64,000 nucleotides of DNA from Eledone cirrhosa (GCA_964016885.1 OZ024744.1:24366001-24430000), one strand, 5' to 3'. Positions 12,870 through 29,000 are shown, numbered from the stretch's first letter. Notes: generated by a model from the letters alone, not told the origin. Program-made: numbers and translations.

Positions 12870-15800
12870 TAAGAACTGACTCATTTTAACAACAGTTGAA
12901 ACTTCAAATAAAACTCGTTTTAACAACAGTTGAATGTTAAGAACTGAATCGTTTTAACGACAGCTGAATCTTAAGATAAACTCGTTTTAACAAAAGTTGA
13001 ATCTTAAGATAAATCTCGTTTTAACAACAGTTTAATCTTAAGAACTGAATCGTTTTAACAACAGTTGAATCTTAAGATAAAATTCGTTTTAACAATAGTT
13101 GAATCTTAAGAACTGATTCGTTTTAACAACAGTTGAATCTTAAGAACTGACTCATTTTAACAACAGTTGAATCTTAAGATAAAACATCATTTTAACAACA
13201 GTTGAATCTTAAAATAAAACTCGTTTTAACAACAGTTGAATCTTAAGAACTGACTCGTTTTAACAACAGTTGAATCTTAAGAACTGACTCGTTTTAACAA
13301 CAATTCAACCTTAAGAACTGACTCGTTTTAACAACAGTTGAATCTTAAGAACTGACTCGTTTTAACAACAGTTGAATCTTCAAATAAAACTCGTTTTAAC
13401 AACAGTTGAATCTTAAGAACTGACTCGTTTTAACAGCAGTTGAATCTTAAGATAAAACTCGTTTTAACAACAGTTGAATCTTAAGAACTGACTCGTTTTA
13501 ACAACAGCTGAATCTTAAGATAAAACTCGTTTTAACAACAGTTAAATCTTAAGAACTGACTCGTTTTAACAACAGTTCAACTTTAAGAACTGACTCGTTT
13601 AACAACTGTTGAATCTTCAAATAAAACTCGTTTTAACAACAGTTGAATCTTAAGAATTGACTCGTTTTAACAACAATTAAATCTTAAGACAAAACCCGTT
13701 TTAACAACAGTTGAATCTTAAGAACAGACTCGTATTAACAACAGTTGGATCTTATTATAAAACTCATTTTAACAACAGTTCAACCTTAAGAACTGACTCG
13801 TTTTAACAACAGTTGAATCTTCAAATAAACCTCGTTTTAACAACAGTTGCATCTTAAGAACTGGCTCGTTTAAACAACAGTTGAATCTTAAGATAAAACT
13901 CGTTTTAACAACAGTTGAATCTTAAGAACTGACTCGTTTTAACAACAGTTGAATCTTAAGAACTGACTCGTTTTAACAACAGTTGAATCTTAAGATAAAA
14001 TTCGTTTTAACAACAGTTGAATCTTAAGAACTAATTCGTTTTAACAACAGTTCAAACTTAAGAACAGACTCGTATTAACAACAGTTGAATCTTATTATAA
14101 AACTCATTTTAACAACAGTTCAACCTTAAGAACTGACTCGTTTTAACAACAGTTGAATCTTCAAATAAACCTCGTTTTAACAACAGTTGCATCTTAAGAA
14201 CTGCCTCATTTAAACAACAGTTGAATCTTAAGATAAAACACGTTTTAACAACAGTTGAATCTTAAGAACTGACTCGTTTTAACAACAGTTGAATCTTCAA
14301 ATAAAACTCGTTTTAACAACAGTTGAATCTTAAGAACTGACTCGTTTTAACAACAGTTCAACCTTAAGAACTGACTCGATTTAACAACAGTTGAATCTTC
14401 AAATAAAACTCGTTTTAACAACAGTTGAATCTTAAGAATTGACTCGTTTTAACAACAGTTGAATCTTAAGACAAAACCCGTTTTAACAACAGTTGAATCT
14501 TAAGAACTGACTCGTTTTAACAACAGTTGAATCTTAAGATAAACTCGTTTTAACAACAGTTGAATCTTAAGAACTGACTCGTTTTAACAACAGCTGAATC
14601 TTAAGATAAAACTCGTATTAACAACAGTTGAATCTTAAGAACTGACTCGTTTTATCAACAGTTCAACCTTAAGAACTGACTCGTTTTAACAACAGTTGAA
14701 TCTTCAAATAAAACTCGTTTTAACAACAGTTGAATCTTAAGAACTGACTCGTTTTAACAACAGTTGAATCTTAAGATAAAACTCGTTTTAACAACAGCTG
14801 AATCTTAAGATTAAACTCATTTTAACAACAGTTGAATCTCAAGACAAAACCCGTTTTAACAACAGTTGAATCTTAAGAACTGACTCGTTTTAACAACAGT
14901 TGAATCTTAAGAACTGACTCGTTTTAACAACAACTGAATCTTAAGATTAAACTCGTTTTAACAACAGTTGAATCTTAAGAACTGTCTCGTTTTAACAACA
15001 GTTGAATCTTAAGATAAACCTCGTTTTAACAACAGTTTAATCTTAACAACTGACTCGTTTTAACAACAGTTGAATCTTAAGATAAAATTCGTTTTAACAA
15101 CAGTTGAATCTTAAGAACTGATTCGTTTTAACAACAGTTCAAACTTAAGGACTGACTCGTTTTAACAACAGTTGAATCTTATGATAAAACTCATTTTAAC
15201 AACAGTTGAATCTTAAGAACTGATTCGTTTTAACAGCAGATGAATCTTAAGATAAACCTCGTTTTAACAAAAGTTGAATCTTAAGAACTGGCTCGTTTTA
15301 ACAACAGTTGAATCTTAAGAACTGTCTCGTTTTAACAACAGTTGAATCTTAAGAACTGACTCGTTTTAACAACAGTTGAATCTTAAGATAAAACTCGTTT
15401 TAACAACAGTTGAATCTTAAGAACTGACTCGTTTTAGCAACAGTTGAATCTTAAGATAAAACTCGTTTTAACAACAGTTGAATATTAAGAACTGACTCGT
15501 TTTAACAGCAGTTGAACCTTAATATAAAACTCATTTTAACAACAGTTGAATCTTAAGAACTGATTCGTTTTAACAACAGATGAATATTAAGATAAACCTC
15601 GTTTTAACAACAGTTGCATCTTAAGAACTGGCTCGTTTAACAACAGTTGAATCTTATGATAAAACCCATTTTAACAACAGTTGAATCTTAAGAACTGACT
15701 CGTTTTAACAACAGTTGAATCTTAAGATAAAACTCGTTTTAACAACAGTTGAATCTTAAGAACTGACTCGTTTTAACAACAGTTGAATCTTAAGAACTGA

Positions 15801-18100
15801 CTCGTTTTATAAACAGTTCAACCTTAAGAACTGACTCGTTTTAACAACAGTTGAATCTTCAAATAAAACTCGTTTTAACAACAGTTGAATATTAAGAACT
15901 GACTCGTTTTAACAGCAGTTGAATCTTAATATAAAACTCGTTTTAACAACAGTTGAATCTTAAGAACTGACTCGTTTTAATAACAGTTGAATCTTAAGAT
16001 AAAACTCGTTTTAACAACAGTTGAATCTTAAAAACTGACTCGTTTTAACAACAGCTGAATTTTAAGATAAAACTCGTTTTAACAACAGTTGAATCTTAAG
16101 AACTGACTCGTTTTATCAACAGTTCAACCTTAAGAACTGACTCGTTTTAACAACAGTTGAATCTTCAAATAAAACTCGTTTTAACAACAGTTGAATCTTA
16201 AGAACTGACTCGTTTTAACAACAGTTGAATCTTAAGATAAAACTCGTTTTAACAACAGCTGAATCTTAAGATTAAACTCATTTTAACAACAGTTGAATCT
16301 CAAGACAAAACCCGTTTTAACAACAGTTGAATCTTAAGAACTTACTCGTTTTAACCACAGTTGAATCTTAAGAACTGACTCGTTTTAACAACAACTGAAT
16401 CTTAAGATTAAACTCGTTTTAACAACAGTTGAATATTAAGAACTGACTCGTTTTAACAGCAATTGAATATTGAGATAAAACTCGTTTTAACAACAGTTAA
16501 ATCTTAAGAACTGATTCGTTTTAACAACAATTGAATCTGAAGTTAACATTCGTTTTAACAACAGTTGAATCTTAAGAACTGACTCGTTTTAACAACAGTT
16601 GAATCTTAAGACAAAACTCGTTTTAACAACAGTTGAGTCTTAAGAACTGACTCGTTTTAACAACAGTTCAACCTTAAGAACTGACTGGTTTTAAAACAGT
16701 TGAATCTTAAGATAACACTCGTTTTAACAACAGTTGAATCTTAAAATAAAACTCGTTTTAACAACAGATGATTCTCAAGAACTGGCTCGTTTTAACAACT
16801 GTTGAATCTTAAGATAAACATCGTTTTAACAATAGTTGAATCTTAAGAACTGACTCGTTTTAACAACAGTTCAACCTTAAGAAGTGATTAGTTTTAACAA
16901 CAGTTGAATCTTAAAATAAAACTCGTTTTAACAACATTTGAATCTTAAGAACGGACTCGTTTTAACAACAGTTGAATCTTAACATAAAACTGGTTTTAAC
17001 AACAGTTGAATCTTAAGAAGTGACTCGTTTTAACAACAGTTGAATCCTAAGATAACATTCGTTTTAACAACAGTTGAATCTTAAGAACTGACTCGTTATA
17101 ACGACAGTTGAATCTTAAGATAAACCTCGTTTTAACAACAGTTGAATCTTAAGAACTGACTCATTTTAACAACAGTTGAATCTTAAGATAAAACATCATT
17201 TTAACAACAGTTGAATCTTAAAATAAAACTCGTTTTACCAACAGTTGAATCTTAAGAACTGACTCGTTTTAACAACAGTTGAATCTTAAGAACTGACTCG
17301 TTTTAACAACAATTCAACCTTAAGAACTAACTCGTTTTAAAACAGTTGAATCTTAAGATAACACTCGTTTTAACAACAGTTGAATCTTCAGAACTGACTC
17401 GTTTTAAAAACAGTTGAATCTTAACATAACACTCGTTTTAACAACAGTTGAATCTTAAGAGCTGACTCGCTTTAACAACAGTTCAACCTTAAGAACTGAC
17501 ACGTTTTAACAACAGTTGAATCTTAAAATATAACTAGTTTTAACAACAGTTGAATCTTAAGAACTGACTCGTTTTAACAACCGTTGACTCCTAAGAACTG
17601 ACTCGTTTTAACAACTGATGAACATTAAGATAAAACTCGTTTTAACAACAGCTGAATCTTAAGAACTGACTCGTTTTAACAACAGTTGAATCTTAAGGAC
17701 TGACTCGTTTTAACAACAGATGAATCTTAAGATAAAACTGGTTTTAACAACAGTTGAATCTTAAGAACTGACTCGTTTTAACAACAGTTGAATCTGAAGA
17801 ACTGACTCGTTTTAACAACAATTGTATCTGAAGATAAAACTCGTTTAACAACAGTTGAATCTTAAGAACTGGCTCGTTTTAACAACACTTGTATCTTATG
17901 ATGCAACTCGTTTTAACAACAGTTGAATCTTAAGAACTGACTCGTTTTAACAGCAATTGAATCTTTAGACAAAACTCGTTTTAACAACAGTTGAATCTTA
18001 AGAACTGACTCGTTTTAACAGCAGTTCAACCTTAAGAACTGACTGGTTTTAAAACAGTTGAATCTTAAGATAACACTCGTTTTAACAACAGTTGAATCTT
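12870..18100. repeat. Higher-order block paralogous to ~40170-45600 (offset ~27.3-27.5 kb); its first ~2 kb also recurs at ~30700-32870
   Basis: GAAACTTCAAAT at 12898, 30722 and 40196. CTTAACAACTGAC and CTTAAGGACTG occur near 15040-15150 and 42410-42520. GAGCTGAC 17459/44961. Confidence 0.82.
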
Positions 18101-21100
18101 AAAATAAAACTCGTTTTAACAACAGATGATTCTCAAGAACTGACTCGTTTTAACAACAGTTGAATCTTAAAATAAAACTCGTTTTAACAACAGTTGAATC
18201 GTAAGAACTGACTCGTTTTAACAACAGTTGAATCATAAGATAAAACTCGTTTTAACAACAGTTGAATCTTAAGAACTGACTCGTTTTAACAACAGTACAA
18301 CCTTAAGAACTGACTAGTTTTAACAACAGTTGAATCTTAAGAAGTGACTCGTTTTAAAAACAATTGAATCATAAGATAAACCTCGTTTTAACAACAGTTG
18401 AATCTTAAGAACTGACTCGTTTTAACAACAGTTGAATCTTAAGAACTGACTCGTTTTAACAACAATTCAACCTTAAGAACTGACTCGTTTTAAAACAGTT
18501 GAATCTTAAGATAACACTCGTTTTAACAACAGTTGAATCTTCAGAACTGACTCGTTTTAAAAACAGTTGAATCGTAAGATAACACTCGTTTTAACAACAG
18601 TTGAATCTTAAGAACTGACTCGTTTTAACAACAGTTGAATCTTAAGAACTGACTCGTTTTAACAACAATTCAAACTTGAGAACTGACTCGTTTTAAAACA
18701 GTTGAATCTTAAGATAACACTCGTTTTAACAACAGTTGAATCTTAAAACATAACTAGTCTTAACAACAGTAGAATCTTAAGAACTGACTCGTTTTAACAA
18801 CAGTTGAATCTGAAGAAGTGACTCGTTTTAACAACAGTTGTATCTGAAGATAAAACTCGTTTAACAACAGTTGAATCTTAAGAACTTACTCGTTTTAACA
18901 ACAATTGAATCTTAAGATAACATTCGTTTTAGCAACAGTTGACTCTTAAGAACTGACTAGTTTTAACGACAGTTGAATCTTAAGATAAACCTCGTTTTAA
19001 CAACGGTTGAATCTTAAGAACTGACTCGTTTTAACAACAGTTGAATCTTAAGATAAAACATCATTTTAACAACAGTTGAATCTTAAAATAAAACTCGTTT
19101 TAACAACAGTTGATTCTTAAGAACTGCCTTGTGTTAACAACAGTTGAATCTTAAGAACTGATTCGTTTTAACAGCAGTTGAATCTTAAGAACTGACTCGT
19201 TTTAACAACAGTTGACCTTTAAGAACTGACTCGTTTTAACAACTGATGAATATTAAGAGAAAACTGGTTTTAACAACAGTTGAATTTTAAGAACTGACTC
19301 GTTTTAACAACAGTTGAATCTGAAGAACTGACTCGTTTTAACAACAATTGTATCTGAAGATAAAACTCGTTTAACAACAGTTGAATCTTAAGAACTGGCT
19401 CGTTTTAGCAACACTTGTATCTTATGATACAACTCGTTTTAACAACAGTTGAATATTAAGAACTGACTCGTTTTAACAGCAATTGAATCTTGAGATAAAA
19501 CTCGTTTTAACAACAGTTAAATCTTAAGAACTGATTCGTTTTAACAACAATTGAATCTGAAGTTAACATTCATTTTAACAACAGTTGAATCTTAAGACAA
19601 AACTCGTTTTAACAACAGTTGAATCTTAAGAACTGACTCGTTTTAACAACAGTTCAACCTTAAGAACTGAGTGGTTTTAAAACAGTTGAATCCTAAGATA
19701 ACATTTGTTTTAACAACAGTTGAATCTTAAGAACTGACTCGTTATAACGACAGTTGAATCTTAAGATAAACCTCGTTTTAACAACAGTTGAATCTTAAGA
19801 ACTGACTCATTTTAACAACAGTTGAATCTCAAGATAAAACATCATTTTAACAACAGTTGAATCTTAAAATAAAACTCGTTTTAACAACAGTTGAATCTTA
19901 AGAACTGACTCGTTTTAACAACAGTTGAATCTTAAGAACTGACTCGTTTTAACAACAATTCAACCTTAAGAACTAACTCGTTTTAAAACAGTTGAATCTT
20001 AAGATAACACTCGTTTTAACAACAGTTGAATCTTCAGAACTGACTCGTTTTAAAAACAGTTGAATCTTAACATAACACTCGTTTTAACAACAGTTGAATC
20101 TTAAGAGCTGACTCGCTTTAACAACAGTTCAACCTTAAGAACTGACACGTTTTAACAACAGTTGAATCTTAAAATATAACTAGTTTTAACAACAGTTGAA
20201 TCTTAAGAACTGACTCGTTTTAACAACCGTTGACTCCTAAGAACTGACTCGTTTTAACAACTGATGAACATTAAGATAAAACTCGTTTTAACAACAGCTG
20301 AATCTTAAGAACTGACTCGTTTTAACAACAGTTGAATCTTAAGGACTGACTCGTTTTAACAACAGATGAATCTTAAGATAAAACTGGTTTTAACAACAGT
20401 TGAATCTTAAGAACTGACTCGTTTTAACAACAGTTGAATCTGAAGAACTGACTCGTTTTAACAACAATTGTATCTGAAGATAAAACTCGTTTAACAACAG
20501 TTGAATCTTAAGAACTGGCTCGTTTTAACAACACTTGTATCTTATGATGCAACTCGTTTTAACAACAGTTGAATCTTAAGAACTGACTCGTTTTAACAGC
20601 AATTGAATCTTTAGACAAAACTCGTTTTAACAACAGTTGAATCTTAAGAACTGACTCGTTTTAACAGCAGTTCAACCTTAAGAACTGACTGGTTTTAAAA
20701 CAGTTGAATCTTAAGATAACACTCGTTTTAACAACAGTTGAATCTTAAAATAAAACTCGTTTTAACAACAGATGATTCTCAAGAACTGACTCGTTTTAAC
20801 AACAGTTGAATCTTAAAATAAAACTCGTTTTAACAACAGTTGAATCGTAAGAACTGGCTCGTTTTAACAACAGTTGAATCATAAGATAAAACTCGTTTTA
20901 ACAACAGTTGAATCTTAAGAACTGACTCGTTTTAACAACAGTACAACCTTAAGAACTGACTAGTTTTAACAACAGTTGAATCTTAAAATTAAACTCGTTT
21001 TAACAACATTTGAATCTTAAGAAGTGACTCGTTTTAAAAACAATTGAATCATAAGATAAACCTCGTTTTAACAACAGTTGAATCTTAAGAACTGACTCGT

Positions 21101-22800
21101 TTTAACAACAGTTGAATCCTAAGATAACATTCGTTTTAACAACAGTTGAATCTTAAAATAAAACTCGTTTTAACAACAGTTGAATCTTAAGAACTGACTC
21201 GTTTTAACAACAATTCAACCTTAAGAACTGACTCGTTTTAAAACAGTTGAATCTTAAGATAACACTTGTTTTAACAACAGTTGAATCTTCAGAACTGACT
21301 CGTTTTAAAAACAGTTGAATCGTAAGATAACACTCGTTTTAACAACAGTTGAATCTTAAGAACTGACTCGTTTTAACAACAGTTGAATCTTAAGAACTGA
21401 CTCGTTTTAACAACAATTCAAACTTGAGAACTGACTCGTTTTAAAACAGTTGAATCTTAAGATAACACTCGTTTTAACAACAGTTGAATCTTAAAACATA
21501 ACTAGTCTTAACAATAGTAGAATCTTAAGAACTGACTCGTTTTAACAACAGTTGAATCTGAAGAAGTGACTCGTTTTAACAACAGTTGTATCTGAAGATA
21601 AAACTCGTTTAACAACAGTTGAATCTTAAGAACTTACTCGTTTTAACAACAATTGAATCTTAAGATAACATTCGTTTTAGCAACAGTTGACTCTTAAGAA
21701 CTGACTAGTTTTAACGACAGTTGAATCTTAAGATAAACCTCGTTTTAACAACGGTTGAATCTTAAGAACTGACTCGTTTTAACAACAGTTGAATCTTAAG
21801 ATAAAACATCATTTTAACAACAGTTGAATCTTAAAATAAAACTCGTTTTAACAACAGTTGATTCTTAAGAACTGCCTTGTGTTAACAACAGTTGAATCTT
21901 AAGAACTGATTCGTTTTAACAGCAGTTGAATCTTAAGAACTGACTCGTTTTAACAACAGTTGACCTTTAAGAACTGACTCGTTTTAACAACTGATGAATA
22001 TTAAGAGAAAACTGGTTTTAACAACAGTTGAATTTTAAGAACTGACTCGTTTTAACAACAGTTGAATCTGAAGAACTGACTCGTTTTAACAACAATTGTA
22101 TCTGAAGATAAAACTCGTTTAACAACAGTTGAATCTTAAGAACTGGCTCGTTTTAGCAACACTTGTATCTTATGATACAACTCGTTTTAACAACAGTTGA
22201 ATATTAAGAACTGACTCGTTTTAACAGCAATTGAATCTTGAGATAAAACTCGTTTTAACAACAGTTAAATCTTAAGAACTGATTCGTTTTAACAACAATT
22301 GAATCTGAAGTTAACATTCATTTTAACAACAGTTGAATCTTAAGACAAAACTCGTTTTAACAACAGTTGAATCTTAAGAACTGACTCGTTTTAACAACAG
22401 TTCAACCTTAAGAACTGAGTGGTTTTAAAACAGTTGAATCCTAAGATAACATTTGTTTTAACAACAGTTGAATCTTAAGAACTGACTCGTTATAACGACA
22501 GTTGAATCTTAAGATAAACCTCGTTTTAACAACAGTTGAATCTTAAGAACTGACTCATTTTAACAACAGTTGAATCTCAAGATAAAACATCATTTTAACA
22601 ACAGTTGAATCTTAAAATAAAACTCGTTTTAACAACAGTTGAATCTTAAGAACTGACTCGTTTTAACAACAGTTGAATCTTAAGAACTGACTCGTTTTAA
22701 CAACAATTCAACCTTAAGAACTGACTCGTTTTAAAACAGTTGAATCTTAAGATAACACTCGTTTTAACAACAGTTGAATCTTCAGAACTGACTCGTTTTA
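17040..22800. repeat. Tandem duplication, period 2,646-2,748 bp (~78-81 monomers)
   Basis: GAGCTGAC 17459/20105, GGACTGAC 17697/20343 and ATGCAAC 17901/20547 are at +2646. TAACTAGTCTT 18751/21499, GAGAAAAC 19257/22005 and GTGGTTTT 19671/22419 are at +2748. Confidence 0.9.
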
Positions 22801-23034
22801 AAAACAGTTGAATCTTAAGATAACACTCGTTTTAACAACAGTTGAATCTTAAGAACTGACTCGTTTTAACAACAGTTGAATCTTAAGAACTGACTCGTTT
22901 TAACAACAATTCAAACTTAAGAACTGACTCGTTTTAAAACAGTTGAATCTTAAGATAACACTCGTTTTAACAACAGTTGAATCTTAAGAACTGACTCGTT
23001 TTAACAACAGCTGAATCTTAAGATAAAACTCGTT

Positions 23035-26000
23035 TTAACAACAGTTGAATCTTAAGAACTGACTCGTTTTATCAACAGTTCAACCTTAAGAACTGACTCG
23101 TTTTAACAACAGTTGAATCTTCAAATAAAACTCGTTTTAACAACAGTTGAATCTTAAGAACTGACTCGTTTTAACAACAGTTGAATCTTAAGATAAAACT
23201 CGTTTTAACAACAGCTGAATCTTAAGATTAAACTCATTTTAACAACAGTTGAATCTCAAGACAAAACCCGTTTTAACAACAGTTGAATCTTAAGAACTGA
23301 CTCGTTTTAACAACAGTTGAATCTTAAGAACTGACTCGTTTTAACAACAACTGAATCTTAAGATTAAACTCGTTTTAACAACAGTTGAATCTTAAGAACT
23401 GATTCGTTTTAACAACAGATGAATCTTAAGATAAACCTCGTTTTAACAAAAGTTGAATCTTACGAACTGATTCGTTTTAACAACAGTTGAATCTTAAGAA
23501 CTGTCTCGTTTTAACAACAGTTGAATCTTAAGAACTGACTCGTTTTAACAACAGTTGAATCTTAAGATAAAACTCGTTTTAACAACAGTTGAATCTTAAG
23601 AACTGACTCGTTTTAACAACAGTTGAATCTTAAGATAAAACTCGTTTTAACAACAGTTGAATCTTAAGAACTGACTCGTTTTAACAACAGTTGAATCTTA
23701 AGAACTGACTCGTTTTATAAACAGTTCAACCTTAAGAACTGACTCGTTTTAACAACAGTTGAATCTTCAAATAAAACTCGTTTTAACAACAGTTGAATAT
23801 TAAGAACTGACTCGTTTTAACAGCAGTTGAACCTTAATATAAAACTCATTTTAACAACAGTTGAATCTTAAGAACTGATTCGTTTTAACAACAGATGAAT
23901 ATTAAGATAAACCTCGTTTTAACAACAGTTGCATCTTAAGAACTGGCTCGTTTAACAACAGTTGAATCTTATGATAAAACCCATTTTAACAACAGTTGAA
24001 TCTTAAGAACTGACTCGTTTTAACAACAGTTGAATCTTAAGATAAAACTCGTTTTAACAACAGTTGAATCTTAAGAACTGACTCGTTTTAACAACAGTTG
24101 AATCTTAAGAACTGACTCGTTTTATCAACAGTTCAACCTTAAGAACTGACTCGTTTTAACAACAGTTGAATCTTCAAATAAAACTCGTTTTAACAACAGT
24201 TGAATCTTAAGAACTGACTCGTTTTAACAACAGTTGAATCTTAAGATAAAACTCGTTTTAACAACAGCTGAATCTTAAGATTAAACTCATTTTAACAACA
24301 GTTGAATCTCAAGACAAAACCCGTTTTAACAACAGTTGAATCTTAAGAACTGACTCGTTTTAACAACAGTTGAATCTTAAGAACTGACTCGTTTTAACAA
24401 CAACTGAATCTTAAGATTAAACTCGTTTTAACAACAGTTGAATATTAAGAACTGACTCGTTTTAACAGCAATTGAATATTGAGATAAAACTCGTTTTAAC
24501 AACAGTTAAATCTTAAGAACTGATTCGTTTTAACAACAATTGAATCTGAAGTTAACATTCGTTTTAACAACAGTTGAATCTTAAGAACTGACTCGTTTTA
24601 ACAACAGTTGAATCTTAAGACAAAACTCGTTTTAACAACAGTTGAGTCTTAAGAACTGACTCGTTTTAACAACAGTTCAACCTTAAGAAGTGATTAGTTT
24701 TAACAACAGTTGAATCTTAAAATAAAACTCGTTTTAACAACATTTGAATCTTAAGAACGGACTCGTTTTAACAACAGTTGAATCTTAACATAAAACTGGT
24801 TTTAACAACAGTTGAATCTTAAGAAGTGACTCGTTTTAACAACAGTTGAATCATAAGATAACATTCGTTTTAACAACAGTTGAATCTTAAGAACTGACTC
24901 GTTATAACGACAGTTGAATCTTAAGATAAACCTCGTTTTAACAACAGTTGAATCTTAAGAACTGACTCATTTTAACAACAGTTGAATCTTAAGATAAAAC
25001 ATCATTTTAACAACAGTTGAATCTTAAAATAAAACTCGTTTTACCAACAGTTGAATCTTAAGAACTGACTCGTTTTAACAACAGTTGAATCTTAAGAACT
25101 GACTCGTTTTAACAACAATTCAACCTTAAGAATTAACTCGTTTTAAAACAGTTGAATCTTAAGATAACACTCGTTTTAACAACAGTTGAATCTTCAGAAC
25201 TGACTCGTTTTAAAAACAGTTGAATCTTAACATAACACTCGTTTTAACAACAGTTGAATCTTAAGAGCTGACTCGCTTTAACAACAGTTCAACCTTAAGA
25301 ACTGACACGTTTTAACAACAGTTGAATCTTAAAATATAACTAGTTTTAACAACAGTTGAATCTTAAGAACTGACTCGTTTTAACAACCGTTGACTCCTAA
25401 GAACTGACTCGTTTTAACAACTGATGAACATTAAGATAAAACTCGTTTTAACAACAGTTGAATCTTAAGAACTGACTCGTTTTAACAACAGTTGAATCTT
25501 AAGGACTGACTCGTTTTAACAACAGATGAATCTTAAGATAAAACTGGTTTTAACAACAGTTGAATCTTAAGAACTGACTCGTTTTAACAACAGTTGAATC
25601 TGAAGAACTGACTCGTTTTAACAACAATTGTATCTGAAGATAAAATTCGTTTAACAACAGTTGAATCTTAAGAACTGGCTCGTTTTAACAACACTTGTAT
25701 CTTATGATGCAACTCGTTTTAACAACAGTTGAATCTTAAGAACTGACTCGTTTTAACAGCAATTGAATCTTTAGACAAAACTCGTTTTAACAACAGTTGA
25801 ATCTTAAGAACTGACTCGTTTTAACAGCAGTTCAACCTTAAGAACTGACTGGTTTTAAAACAGTTGAATCTTAAGATAACACTCGTTTTAACAACAGTTG
25901 AATCTTAAAATAAAACTCGTTTTAACAACAGATGATTCTCAAGAACTGACTCGTTTTAACAACAGTTGAATCTTAAAATAAAACTCGTTTTAACAACAGT

Positions 26001-29000
26001 TGAATCGTAAGAACTGACTCGTTTTAACAACAGTTGAATCATAAGATAAAACTCGTTTTAACAACAGTTGAATCTTAAGAACTGACTCGTTTTAACAACA
26101 GTACAACCTTAAGAACTGACTAGTTTTAACAACAGTTGAATCTTAAAATTAAACTCGTTTTAACAACATTTGAATCTTAAGAAGTGACTCGTTTTAAAAA
26201 CAATTGAATCATAAGATAAACCTCGTTTTAACAACAGTTGAATCTTAAGAACTGACTCGTTTTAACAACAGTTGAATCCTAAGATAACATTCGTTTTAAC
26301 AACAGTTGAATCTTAAAATAAAACTCGTTTTAACAACAGTTGAATCTTAAGAACTGACTCGTTTTAACAACAATTCAACCTTAAGAACTGACTCGTTTTA
26401 AAACAGTTGAATCTTAAGATAACACTCGTTTTAACAACAGTTGAATCTTCAGAACTGACTCGTTTTAAAAACAGTTGAATCGTAAGATAACACTCGTTTT
26501 AACAACAGTTGAATCTTAAGAACTGACTCGTTTTAACAACAGTTGAATCTTAAGAACTGACTCGTTTTAACAACAATTCAAACTTGAGAACTGACTCGTT
26601 TTAAAACAGTTGAATCTTAAGTTAACACTCGTTTTAACAACAGTTGAATCTTAAAACATAACTAGTCTTAACAACAGTAGAATCTTAAGAACTGACTCGT
26701 TTTAACAACAGTTGAATCTGAAGAAGTGACTCGTTTTAACAACAGTTGTATCTGAAGATAATACTCGTTTAACAACAGTTGAATCTTAAGAACTTACTCG
26801 TTTTAACAACAATTGAATCTTAAGATAACATTCGTTTTAGCAACAGTTGACTCTTAAGAACTGACTAGTTTTAACGACAGTTGAATCTTAAGATAAACCT
26901 CGTTTTAACAACGGTTGAATCTTAAGAACTGACTCGTTTTAACAACAGTTGAATCTTAAGATAAAACATCATTTTAACAACAGTTGAATCTTAAAATAAA
27001 ACTCGTTTTAACAACAGTTGATTCTTAAGAACTGCCTTGTGTTAACAACAGTTGAATCTTAAGAACTGATTCGTTTTAACAGCAGTTGAATCTTAAGAAC
27101 TGACTCGTTCTAACAACAGTTGACCTTTAAGAACTGACTCGTTTTAACAACTGATGAATATTAAGAGAAAACTGGTTTTAACAACAGTTGAATTTTAAGA
27201 ACTGACTCGTTTTAACAACAGTTGAATCTGAAGAACTGACTCGTTTTAAAAACAATTGTATCTGAAGATAAAACTCGTTTAACAACAGTTGAATCTTAAG
27301 AACTGGCTCGTTTTAGCAACACTTGTATCTTATGATACAACTCGTTTTAACAACAGTTGAATATTAAGAAACTGACTCGTTTTAACAGCAATTGAATCTT
27401 GAGATAAAACTCGTTTTAACAACAGTTAAATCTTAAGAACTGATTCGTTTTAACAACAATTGAATCTGAAGTTAACATTCATTTTAACAACAGTTGAATC
27501 TTAAGACAAAACTCGTTTTAACAACAGTTGAATCTTAAGAACTGACTCGTTTTAACAACAGTTCAACCTTAAGAACTGAGTGGTTTTAAAACAGTTGAAT
27601 CCTAAGATAACATTTGTTTTAACAACAGTTGAATCTTAAGAACTGACTCGTTATAACGACAGTTGAATCTTAAGATAAACCTCGTTTTAACAACAGTTGA
27701 ATCTTAAGAACTGACTCATTTTAACAACAGTTGAATCTCAAGATAAAACATCATTTTAACAACAGTTGAATCTTAAAATAAAACTCGTTTTAACAACAGT
27801 TGAATCTTAAGAACTGACTCGTTTTAACAACAGTTGAATCTTAAGAACTGACTCGTTTTAACAACAATTCAAACTTAAGAACTGACTCGTTTTAAAACAG
27901 TTGAATCTTAAGATAACACTCGTTTTAACAACAGTAGAATCTTAAGAACTGACTCGTTTTAACAACAGTTGAATCTTAAGATAAAACTCGTTTTAACAAC
28001 AGTTGAATCTTAAGAACTGACTCGTTTTAACAACAGCTGAATCTTAAGATAAAACTCGTTTTAACAACAGTTGAATCTTAAGAACTGACTCGTTTTAACA
28101 ACAGTTCAACCTTAAGAACTGACTCGTTTTAACAACAGTTGGATCTTAAGAATTGACTCGTTTTAACAACAATTGAATCTTAAGACAAAACCCGTTTTAA
28201 CAACAGTTGAATCTTAAGAACTGACTCGTTTTAACAACAGTTGAATCTTAAGATAAAATTCGTTTTAACAACAGTTGAATCTTAAGAACTAATTCGTTTT
28301 AACAACAGTTCAAACTTAAGAACAGACTCGTATTAACAACAGTTGAATCTTATTATAAAACTCATTTTAACAACAGTTCAACCTTAAGAACTGACTCGTT
28401 TTAACAACAGTTGAATCTTCAAATAAACCTCGTTTTAACAACAGTTGCATCTTAAGAACTGGCTCATTTAAACAACAGTTGAATCTTAAGATAAAACACG
28501 TTTTAACAACAGTTGAATCTTAAGAACTGACTCGTTTTAACAACAGTTGAATCTTCAAATAAAACTCGTTTTAACAACAGTTGAATCTTAAGAACTGACT
28601 CGTTTTAACAACAGTTCAACCTTAAGAACTGACTCGATTTAACAACAGTTGAATCTTCAAATAAAACTCGTTTTAACAACAGTTGAATCTTAAGAACTGA
28701 CTCGTTTTAACAACAGTTCAACCTTAAGAACTGACTCGTTTTAACAACAGTTGGATCTTAAGAATTGACTCGTTTTAACAACAATTGAATCTTAAGACAA
28801 AACCCGTTTTAACAACAGTTGAATCTTAAGAACTGACTCGTTTTAACAACAGTTGAATCGTAAGATAAAATTCGTTTTAACAACAGTTGAATCTTAAGAA
28901 CTGATTCGATTTAACAACAGTTCAAACTTAAGAACAGACTCGTATTAACAACAGTTGAATCTTATTATAAAACTCATTTTAACAACAGTTCAACCTTAAG

